Below, piece after piece: positions 52,001-64,000 of a stretch of DNA of 64,000 bases. The translations under genes were made by a program, and so were the position numbers. The stretch is from Eledone cirrhosa (taxonomy: Eukaryota), in NCBI GenBank assembly GCA_964016885.1, contig OZ024752.1:33790001-33854000 (forward strand), read 5' to 3'. The stretch's first letter is position 1; every line of letters begins with the position of its first letter. The notes beneath the pieces were generated by a model, which saw only the letters and a list, made by a program, of their open reading frames with translations, made no database searches and had not been told where the DNA came from.

Positions 52001-55000
52001 TGTCTAATGAAAGACACTGTCTATGTATTTAATCCTTTCATTACTGTATGTCTAATGAAAGACACTGTCTATGTCTTTAACCCTTTCATTACTGTATGTC
52101 TAATGAAAGACACTGTCTGTGTTTAACCCTTTCATTACTGTATGTCTAATGAAAGACACAGTCTATGTGTTTAACCCTTTCATTACTGTATGTCTAATGA
52201 AAGACACTGTCTATGTATTTAACCCTTTCATTACTGTATTTCTAATGAAAGACACTGTCTATGTGTTTAACCCTTTCATTACTGTATATCTAATGAAAGA
52301 CATTGTCTGTGTGTTTAACCCTTTCATTACTGTATGTCTAATGAAAGACACTGTCTATGTGTTTAATCCTTTTATTACTGTATGTCTAATGAAAGACACT
52401 GTTTATGTGTTTAATCCTTTCATTACTGTATGTCTAATGGAAGACACTGTTTATGTGTTTAATCCTTTCATTACTGTATGTCTAATAAAAGGGACTGTCT
52501 ATGTGTTTAACCCTTTCATTACTGTATCTCTAATGAAAGACACTGTCTATGTGTTTAACCCTTTCATTACTGTATGTCTAATGAAAGACACTGTCTATGT
52601 GTTTAACCCTTTCATTACTGTATGTCTAATGAAAGACACTGTCCATGTCTTTAACCCTTTCATTACTGTATGTCTAATGAAAGACACTGTCTGTGTTTAA
52701 CCCTTTCATTACTGTATGTCTAATGAAAGACACAGTCTATGTGTTTAATCCTTTCATTACTGTATGTCTAATGAAAGACACAGTCTATGTGTTTAATCCT
52801 TTCATTACTGTATGTCTAATGAAAGACACAGTCTATGTGTTTAACCCTTTCATTACTGTATGTCTAATGAAAGACACTGTCTGTGTGTTTAACCCTTTCA
52901 TTACTGTATGTCTAATGAAAGACACAGTCTATGTGTTTAATCCTTTCATTACTGTATGTCTAATAAAAGACACAGTCTATGTGTTTAACCCTTTCATTAC
53001 TGTATGTCTAATGAAAGACACAGTCTATGTGTTTAACCCTTTCATTACTGTATGTCTAATGAAAGACACAGTCTATGTGTTTAACCCTTTCATTACTGTA
53101 TGTCTAATGAAAGACACTGTCTATGTGTTTAACCCTTTCATTACTTTATGTCTAATGAAAGCCCTTTCATTACTGTATTTCTAATGAAAGACACTGTCTA
53201 TGTGTTTAATCCTTTCATTACTGTATGTCTAATGAAAGACACTGTCTATGTGTTTAATCCTTTCAATGCTGTATGTCTAATGAAAGACACTGTCTATGTG
53301 TTTAACCCTTTCATTACTGTATGTCTATTGAAAGACACTGTCTATGTTGAATCCTTTCATTACTGTATGTCTAATGAAAGACACTGTTTATGTGTTTAAT
53401 CCTTTCATTACTGTATGTCTAATGAAAGATACTGTTTATGTGTTTAATCCTTTCATTACTGTATGTCTAATAAAAGGGACTGTCTATGTGTTTAACCCTT
53501 TCATTACTGTATGTCTAATGAAAGACACTGTCTATGTGTTTAACCCTTTCATTACTGTATGTCTAATGAAAGACACTGTCTATGTATTTAATCCTTTCAT
53601 TACTGTATGTCTAATGAAAGACACTGTCTATGTCTTTAACCCTTTCATTACTGTATGTCTAATGAAAGACACTGTCTGTGTTTAACCCTTTCATTACTGT
53701 ATGTCTAATGAAAGACATTGTCTGTGTGTTTAACCCTTTCATTACTGTATGTCTAATGAAAGACACTGTCTATGTGTTTAATCCTTTCATTACTGTATGT
53801 CTAATGAAAGACACTGTTTATTTGTTTAATCCTTTCATTACTGTATGTCTAATGAAAGACACTGTTTATGTGTTTAATCCTTTCATTACTGTATGTCTAA
53901 TAAAAGGGACTGTCTATGTGTTTAACCCTTTCATTACTGTATGTCTAATGAAAGACACTGTCTATGTGTTTAACCCTTTCATTACTGTATGTCTAATGAA
54001 AGACACTGTCTATGTATTTAATCCTTTCATTACTGTATGTCTAATGAAAGACACTGTCTATGTCTTTAACCCTTTCATTACTGTATGTCTAATGAAAGAC
54101 ACTGTCTATGTCTTTAACCCTTTCATTACTGTATTTCTAATGAAAGACACTGTCTATGTGTTTAACCCTTTCATTACTGTATATCTAATGAAAGACACTG
54201 TCTATGTGTTTAACCCTTTCATTACTGTATGTCTATTGAAAGACACTGTCTATGTTGAATCCTTTCATTACTGTATGTCTAATGAAAGACACTGTTTATG
54301 TGTTTAATCCTTTCATTACTGTATGTCTAATAAAAGGGACTGTCTATGTGTTTAACCCTTTCATTACTGTATGTCTAATGAAAGACACTGTCTATGTGTT
54401 TAACCCTTTCATTACTGTATGTCTAATGAAAGACACTGTCTATGTGTTTAATCCTTTCATTACTGTATGTCTAATGAAAGACACTGTCTATGTCTTTAAC
54501 CCTTTCATTACTGTATGTCTAATGAAAGACACTGTCTATGTGTTTAACCCTTTAATTACTGTATGTCTAATGAAAGACACTGTCTATGTGTTTAACCCTT
54601 TCATTACTGTATGTCTAATGAAAGACACTGTCTATGTGTTTTACCATTTCATTACTGTATGTCTAATGAAAGACACTGTCTATGTGTTTAACCCTTTCAT
54701 TACTGTATGTCTAATGAAAGACACTGTCTATGTGTTTTACCATTTCATTACTGTATGTCTAATGAAAGACACTGTCTATGTGTTTAACCCTTTCATTACT
54801 GTATGTCTAATGAAAGACACTGTCTATGTATTTAATCCTTTCATTACTGTATGTCTAATGAAAGACACTGTCTATGTCTTTAACCCTTTCATTACTGTAT
54901 GTCTAATGAAAGACACTGTCTATGTCTTTAACCCTTTCATTACTGTATGTCTAATGAAAGACACTGTATGTGTTTAACCCTTTCATTACTGTATGTCTAA

Positions 55001-58000
55001 TGAAAGACACAGTCTATGTGTTTAATCCTTTCATTACTGTATGTCTAATGAAAGACACAGTCTATGTGTTTAATCCTTTCATTACTGTATGTCTAATGAA
55101 AGACACTGTCTATGTCTTTAACCCTTTCATTACTGTATGTCTAACGAAAGACACTGTCTGTGTTTAACCCTTTCATTACTGTATGTCTAATGAAAGACAC
55201 TGTCTATGTGTTTAACCCTTTCATTACTGTATGTCTAATGAAAGACACTGTCTATGTATTTAATCCTTTCATTACTGTATGTCTAATGAAAGACACTGTC
55301 TATGTCTTTAACCCTTTCATTACTGTATGTCTAATGAAAGACACTGTCTGTGTTTAACCCTTTCATTACTGTATGTCTAATGAAAGACACAGTCTATGTG
55401 TTTAACCCTTTCATTACTGTATGTCTAATGAAAGACACTGTCTATGTGTTTAACCCTTTCATTACTGTATTTCTAATGAAAGACACTGTCTATGTGTTTA
55501 ACCCTTTCATTACAGTATATCTAATGAAAGACACTGTCTATGTGTTTAACCCTTTCATTACTGTATGTCTATTGAAAGACACTGTCTATGTTGAATCCTT
55601 TCATTACTGTATGTCTAATGAAAGACACTGTTTATGTGTTTAATCCTTTCATTACTGTATGTCTAATGAAAGACACTGTCTATGTGTTTAACCCTTTCAT
55701 TACTGTATGTCTAATGAAAGCCCTTTCATTACTGTATTTCTAATGAAAGACACTGTCTATGTGTTTAATCCTTTCATTACTGTATGTCTAATGAAAGACA
55801 CTGTCTATGTGTTTAATCCTTTCATTGCCGTATGTCTATTGAAAGACACTGTCTATGTTGAATCCTTTCATTACTGTATGTCTAATGAAAGACACTGTTT
55901 ATGTGTTTAATCCTTGCATTACTGTATGTCTAATAAAAGACACTGTTTATGTGTTTAACCCTTTCATTACTGTATGTCTAATGAAAGACACTGTCTATGT
56001 GTTTAACCATTTCATTTTACTGTATGTCTAATGAAAGACACTGTCTATGTATTTAATCCTTTCATTACTGTATGTCTAATGAAAGACACTGTCTATGTCT
56101 TTAACCCTTTCATTACTGTATGTCTAATGAAAGACACTGTCTGTGTTTAACCCTTTCATTACTGTATGTCTAATGAAAGACATTGTCTGTGTGTTTAACC
56201 CTTTCATTACTGTATGTCTAATGAAAGACACTGTCTATGTGTTTAATCCTTTTATTACTGTATGTCTAATGAAAGACACTGTTTATGTGTTTAATCCTTT
56301 CATTACTGTATGTCTAATGGAAGACACTGTTTATGTGTTTAATCCTTTCATTACTGTATGTCTAATAAAAGGGACTGTCTATGTGTTTAACCCTTTCATT
56401 ACTGTATCTCTAATGAAAGACACTGTCTATGTGTTTAACCCTTTCATTACTGTATGTCTAATGAAAGACACTGTCTATGTGTTTAACCCTTTCATTACTG
56501 TATGTCTAATGAAAGACACTGTCCATGTCTTTAACCCTTTCATTACTGTATGTCTAATGAAAGACACTGTCTGTGTTTAACCCTTTCATTACTGTATGTC
56601 TAATGAAAGACACAGTCTATGTGTTTAATCCTTTCATTACTGTATGTCTAATGAAAGACACAGTCTATGTGTTTAATCCTTTCATTACTGTATGTCTAAT
56701 GAAAGACACAGTCTATGTGTTTAACCCTTTCATTACTGTATGTCTAATGAAAGACACTGTCTGTGTGTTTAACCCTTTCATTACTGTATGTCTAATGAAA
56801 GACACAGTCTATGTGTTTAATCCTTTCATTACTGTATGTCTAATAAAAGACACAGTCTATGTGTTTAACCCTTTCATTACTGTATGTCTAATGAAAGACA
56901 CAGTCTATGTGTTTAACCCTTTCATTACTGTATGTCTAATGAAAGACACAGTCTATGTGTTTAACCCTTTCATTACTGTATGTCTAATGAAAGACACTGT
57001 CTATGTGTTTAACCCTTTCATTACTTTATGTCTAATGAAAGCCCTTTCATTACTGTATTTCTAATGAAAGACACTGTCTATGTGTTTAATCCTTTCATTA
57101 CTGTATGTCTAATGAAAGACACTGTCTATGTGTTTAATCCTTTCAATGCTGTATGTCTAATGAAAGACACTGTCTATGTGTTTAACCCTTTCATTACTGT
57201 ATGTCTATTGAAAGACACTGTCTATGTTGAATCCTTTCATTACTGTATGTCTAATGAAAGACACTGTTTATGTGTTTAATCCTTTCATTACTGTATGTCT
57301 AATGAAAGACACTGTTTATGTGTTTAATCCTTTCATTACTGTATGTCTAATAAAAGGGACTGTCTATGTGTTTAACCCTTTCATTACTGTATGTCTAATG
57401 AAAGACACTGTCTATGTGTTTAACCCTTTCATTACTGTATGTCTAATGAAAGACACTGTCTATGTATTTAATCCTTTCATTACTGTATGTCTAATGAAAG
57501 ACACTGTCTATGTCTTTAACCCTTTCATTACTGTATGTCTAATGAAAGACACTGTCTGTGTTTAACCCTTTCATTACTGTATGTCTAATGAAAGACATTG
57601 TCTGTGTGTTTAACCCTTTCATTACTGTATGTCTAATGAAAGACACTGTCTATGTGTTTAATCCTTTCATTACTGTATGTCTAATGAAAGACACTGTTTA
57701 TTTGTTTAATCCTTTCATTACTGTATGTCTAATGAAAGACACTGTTTATGTGTTTAATCCTTTCATTACTGTATGTCTAATAAAAGGGACTGTCTATGTG
57801 TTTAACCCTTTCATTACTGTATGTCTAATGAAAGACACTGTCTATGTGTTTAACCCTTTCATTACTGTATGTCTAATGAAAGACACTGTCTATGTATTTA
57901 ATCCTTTCATTACTGTATGTCTAATGAAAGACACTGTCTATGTCTTTAACCCTTTCATTACTGTATGTCTAATGAAAGACACTGTCTATGTCTTTAACCC

Positions 58001-61000
58001 TTTCATTACTGTATGTCTAATGAAAGACACTGTCTGTGTTTAACCCTTTCATTACTGTATGTCTAATGAAAGACACAGTCTATGTGTTTAATCCTTTCAT
58101 TACTGTATGTCTAATGAAAGACACAGTCTATGTGTTTAATCCTTTCATTACTGTATGTCTAATGAAAGACACTGTCTATGTCTTTAACCCTTTCATTACT
58201 GTATGTCTAACGAAAGACACTGTCTGTGTTTAACCCTTTCATTACTGTATGTCTAATGAAAGACACTGTCTATGTGTTTAACCCTTTCATTACTGTATGT
58301 CTAATGAAAGACACTTTCTATGTATTTAATCCTTTCATTACTGTATGTCTAATGAAAGACACTGTCTATGTCTTTAACCCTTTCATTACTGTATGTCTAA
58401 TGAAAGACACTGTCTGTGTTTAACCCTTTCATTACTGTATGTCTAATGAAAGACACAGTCTATGTGTTTAACCCTTTCATTACTGTATGTCTAATGAAAG
58501 ACACTGTCTATGTGTTTAACCCTTTCATTACTGTATTTCTAATGAAAGACACTGTCTATGTGTTTAACCCTTTCATTACTGTATATCTAATGAAAGACAT
58601 TGTCTGTGTGTTTAACCCTTTCATTACTGTATGTCTAATGAAAGACACTGTCTATGTGTTTAATCCTTTTATTACTGTATGTCTAATGAAAGACACTGTT
58701 TATGTGTTTAATCCTTTCATTACTGTATGTCTAATGGAAGACACTGTTTATGTGTTTAATCCTTTCATTACTGTATGTCTAATAAAAGGGACTGTCTATG
58801 TGTTTAACCCTTTCATTACTGTATCTCTAATGAAAGACACTGTCTATGTGTTTAACCCTTTCATTACTGTATGTCTAATGAAAGACACTGTCTATGTGTT
58901 TAACCCTTTCATTACTGTATGTCTAATGAAAGACACTGTCCATGTCTTTAACCCTTTCATTACTGTATGTCTAATGAAAGACACTGTCTGTGTTTAACCC
59001 TTTCATTACTGTATGTCTAATGAAAGACACAGTCTATGTGTTTAATCCTTTCATTACTGTATGTCTAATGAAAGACACAGTCTATGTGTTTAATCCTTTC
59101 ATTACTGTATGTCTAATGAAAGACACAGTCTATGTGTTTAACCCTTTCATTACTGTATGTCTAATGAAAGACACTGTCTGTGTGTTTAACCCTTTCATTA
59201 CTGTATGTCTAATGAAAGACACAGTCTATGTGTTTAATCCTTTCATTACTGTATGTCTAATAAAAGACACAGTCTATGTGTTTAACCCTTTCATTACTGT
59301 ATGTCTAATGAAAGACACAGTCTATGTGTTTAACCCTTTCATTACTGTATGTCTAATGAAAGACACAGTCTATGTGTTTAACCCTTTCATTACTGTATGT
59401 CTAATGAAAGACACTGTCTATGTGTTTAACCCTTTCATTACTTTATGTCTAATGAAAGCCCTTTCATTACTGTATTTCTAATGAAAGACACTGTCTATGT
59501 GTTTAATCCTTTCATTACTGTATGTCTAATGAAAGACACTGTCTATGTGTTTAATCCTTTCAATGCTGTATGTCTAATGAAAGACACTGTCTATGTGTTT
59601 AACCCTTTCATTACTGTATGTCTATTGAAAGACACTGTCTATGTTGAATCCTTTCATTACTGTATGTCTAATGAAAGACACTGTTTATGTGTTTAATCCT
59701 TTCATTACTGTATGTCTAATGAAAGATACTGTTTATGTGTTTAATCCTTTCATTACTGTATGTCTAATAAAAGGGACTGTCTATGTGTTTAACCCTTTCA
59801 TTACTGTATGTCTAATGAAAGACACTGTCTATGTGTTTAACCCTTTCATTACTGTATGTCTAATGAAAGACACTGTCTATGTATTTAATCCTTTCATTAC
59901 TGTATGTCTAATGAAAGACACTGTCTATGTCTTTAACCCTTTCATTACTGTATGTCTAATGAAAGACACTGTCTGTGTTTAACCCTTTCATTACTGTATG
60001 TCTAATGAAAGACATTGTCTGTGTGTTTAACCCTTTCATTACTGTATGTCTAATGAAAGACACTGTCTATGTGTTTAATCCTTTCATTACTGTATGTCTA
60101 ATGAAAGACACTGTTTATTTGTTTAATCCTTTCATTACTGTATGTCTAATGAAAGACACTGTTTATGTGTTTAATCCTTTCATTACTGTATGTCTAATAA
60201 AAGGGACTGTCTATGTGTTTAACCCTTTCATTACTGTATGTCTAATGAAAGACACTGTCTATGTGTTTAACCCTTTCATTACTGTATGTCTAATGAAAGA
60301 CACTGTCTATGTATTTAATCCTTTCATTACTGTATGTCTAATGAAAGACACTGTCTATGTCTTTAACCCTTTCATTACTGTATGTCTAATGAAAGACACT
60401 GTCTATGTCTTTAACCCTTTCATTACTGTATGTCTAATGAAAGACACTGTCTGTGTTTAACCCTTTCATTACTGTATGTCTAATGAAAGACACAGTCTAT
60501 GTGTTTAATCCTTTCATTACTGTATGTCTAATGAAAGACACAGTCTATGTGTTTAATCCTTTCATTACTGTATGTCTAATGAAAGACACTGTCTATGTCT
60601 TTAACCCTTTCATTACTGTATGTCTAACGAAAGACACTGTCTGTGTTTAACCCTTTCATTACTGTATGTCTAATGAAAGACACTGTCTATGTGTTTAACC
60701 CTTTCATTACTGTATGTCTAATGAAAGACACTGTCTATGTATTTAATCCTTTCATTACTGTATGTCTAATGAAAGACACTGTCTATGTCTTTAACCCTTT
60801 CATTACTGTATGTCTAATGAAAGACACTGTCTGTGTTTAACCCTTTCATTACTGTATGTCTAATGAAAGACACAGTCTATGTGTTTAACCCTTTCATTAC
60901 TGTATGTCTAATGAAAGACACTGTCTATGTGTTTAACCCTTTCATTACTGTATTTCTAATGAAAGACACTGTCTATGTGTTTAACCCTTTCATTACTGTA

Positions 61001-64000
61001 TATCTAATGAAAGACACTGTCTATGTGTTTAACCCTTTCATTACTGTATGTCTATTGAAAGACACTGTCTATGTTGAATCCTTTCATTACTGTATGTCTA
61101 ATGAAAGACACTGTTTATGTGTTTAATCCTTTCATTACTGTATGTCTAATAAAAGGGACTGTCTATGTGTTTAACCCTTTCATTACTGTATGTCTAATGA
61201 AAGACACTGTCTATGTGTTTAATCCTTTCATTACTGTATGTCTAATGAAAGACACTGTCTATGTCTTTAACCCTTTCATTACTGTATGTCTAATGAAAGA
61301 CACTGTCTGTGTTTAACCCTTTCATTACTGTATGTCTAATGAAAGACAGTCTATGTGTTTAATCCTTTCATTACTGTATGTCTAATGAAAGACACAGTCT
61401 ATGTGTTTAATCCTTTCATTACTGTATGTCTAATGAAAGACACAGTCTATGTGTTTAACCCTTTCATTACTGTATGTCTAATGAAAGACACTGTCTGTGT
61501 GTTTAACCCTTTCATTACTGTATGTCTAATGAAAGACAAAGTCTATGTGTTTAATCCTTTCATTACTGTATGTCTAATAAAAGACACAGTCTATGTGTTT
61601 AACCCTTTCATTACTGTATGTCTAATGAAAGACACAGTCTATGTGTTTAACCCTTTCATTACTGTATGTCTAATGAAAGACACAGTCTATGTGTTTAATC
61701 CTTTCATTACTGTATGTCTACTGTAAGACACTGTCTATGTGTTTAACCCTTTCATTACTGTATGTCTAATGAAAGACACTGTCTATGTGTTTAACCCTTT
61801 CATTACTGTATGTCTAATGAAAGCCCTTTCATTACTGTATTTCTAATGAAAGACACTGTCTATGTGTTTAATCCTTTCATTGCTGTATGTCTAATGAAAT
61901 ACACTGTCTATGTTGAATCCTTTCATTACTGTACATCTAATGAAAGACACTGTATATGTGTTTAATCCTTTCATTACTGTATGTCTAATGAAAGACACTG
62001 TTTATGTGTTTAATCCTTTCATTACTGTATGTCTAATAAAAGACACTGTCTATGTCTTTAACCCTTTCATTACTGTATGTCTAATGAAAGACACTGTCTA
62101 TGTATTTAATCCTTTCATTACTGTATGTCTAATGAAAGACACTGTCTATGTCTTTAACCCTTTCATTACTGTATGTCTAATGAAAGACACTGTCTGTGTT
62201 TAACCCTTTCATTACTGTATGTCTAATGAAAGACATTGTCTGTGTGTTTAACCCTTTCATTACTGTATGTCTAATGAAAGACACTGTCTATGTGTTTAAT
62301 CCTTTCATTACTGTATGTCTAATGAAAGAAACTGTTTATTTGTTTAATCCTTTCATTACTGTATGTCTAATGAAAGACACTGTTTATGTTTTTAATCCTT
62401 TCATTACTGTATGTCTAATAAAAGGGACTGTCTATGTGTTTAACCCTTTCATTACTGTATGTCTAATGAAAGACACTGTCTATGTGTTTAACCCTTTCAT
62501 TACTGTATGTCTAATGAAAGACACTGTCTATGTATTTAATCCTTTCAATACTGTATGTCTAATGAAAGACACTGTCTATGTCTTTAACCCTTTCATTACT
62601 GTATGTCTAATGAAAGACACTGTCTGTGTTTAACCCTTTCATTACTGTATGTCTAATGAAAGACACAGTCTATGTGTTTAATCCTTTCATTACTGTATGT
62701 CTAATGAAAGACACAGTCTATGTATTTAATCCTTTCATTACTGTATGTCTAATGAAAGACACTGTCTGTGTTTAACCCTTTCATTACTGTATGTCTAATG
62801 AAAGACACTGTCTATGTGTTTAACCCTTTCATTACTGTATTTCTAATGAAAGACACTGTCTATGTGTTTAACCCTTTCATTACTGTATATCTAATGAAAG
62901 ACACTGTCTATGTGTTTAACCCTTTCATTACTGTATGTCTATTGAAAGACACTGTCTATGTTGAATCCTTTCATTACTGTATGTCTAATGAAAGACACTG
63001 TTTATGTGTTTAATCCTTTCATTACTGTATGTCTAATAAAAGGGACTGTCTATGTGTTTAACCCTTTCATTACTGTATGTCTAATGAAAGACACTGTCTA
63101 TGTGTTTAACCCTTTCATTACTGTATGTCTAATGAAAGACACTGTCTATGTGTTTAATCCTTTCATTACTGTATGTCTAATGAAAGACACTGTCTATGTC
63201 TTTAACCCTTTCATTACTGTATGTCTAATGAAAGACACTGTCTATGTGTTTAACCCTTTAATTACTGTATGTCTAATGAAAGACACTGTCTATGTGTTTA
63301 ACCCTTTCATTACTGTATGTCTAATGAAAGACACTGTCTATGTGTTTTACCATTTCATTACTGTATGTCTAATGAAAGACACTGTCTATGTGTTTAACCC
63401 TTTCATTACTGTATGTCTAATGAAAGAAACTGTCTATGTCTTTAACCCTTTCATTACTGTATGTCTAATGAAAGACACTGTCTATGTCTTTAACCCTTTC
63501 ATTACTCTATGTCTAATGAAAGACACTGTCTATGTCTTTAACCCTTTATTTACTGTATTTGTAATGAAAGACACTGTCTATGTGTTTAATCCTTTCATTA
63601 CTGTATGTCTAATGAAAGACACTGTCTATGTGTTGAACCCTTTCATTACTGTATGTCTAATGAAAGAAACTGTCTATGTCTTTAACCCTTTCATTACTGT
63701 ATGTCTAATGAAAGACACTGTCTATGTCTTTAACCCTTTCATTACTGTATGTCTAATGAAAGACACTGTCTATGTCTTTAACCCTTTATTTACTGTATTT
63801 GTAATGAAAGACACTGTCTATGTGTTTAATTCTTTCATTACTGTATGCCTATTGAAAGACACTGTCTATGTTTAATACTTTCATTACTGTATGTCTAATG
63901 AAAGACACTGTCTGTGTTTAACCCTTTCATTACTGTATGTCTAATGAAAGACACTGTCTATGTGTTTAATCCTTTCATTGCTGTATGTCTAATGAAAGAC
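37037..64000. repeat. 48-bp satellite array, >=27 kb, running off the window, with higher-order repeats
   Basis: Monomer ttaaccctttcattactgtatgtctaatgaaagacactgtctatgtgt; recurrent variant blocks. Confidence 0.98.

Noticed and set aside
37009-63875. Dozens of ORFs repeating MKDTVYVFNPFITVCL
   Set aside because: Artefact of a 48-bp (16-codon) monomer lacking stops in one frame; frequent frameshifts and no gene structure.
37037-64000. CRISPR-like array, or hammerhead in the satellite (CTAATGA)
   Set aside because: No unique spacers and no cas genes. CTAATGA lacks the essential G5 and has no downstream GAAA/stem III arrangement.

Overview
AT-rich, repeat-dense eukaryotic DNA; the SINE/RTE-LINE repertoire and microsatellite load suggest a cephalopod such as Octopus (inference). 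One host gene is present: a minus-strand twisted gastrulation (tsg/TWSG1) homologue with three in-frame coding exons (32038-31816, 20234-20025, 7627-7092; 322 aa) and a long charged C-terminal extension. The introns and flanks hold RTE-type LINE copies, tRNA-derived SINEs, TTAA (piggyBac-type) MITEs, non-autonomous Helitrons and minisatellites. From 37037 to the window end is a >=27 kb satellite of 48-bp monomers with higher-order structure, apparently amplified from a MITE terminus. The most striking signal is a set of short fold-back elements inserted in (TA)n tracts that carry minimal type I hammerhead ribozyme motifs of the Penelope-like-element kind. One is a 5x182-bp tandem palindrome array with ten hammerhead motifs, each with a compensatory U3-A8 core. 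All calls were made by eye; no searches or folding programs were run.
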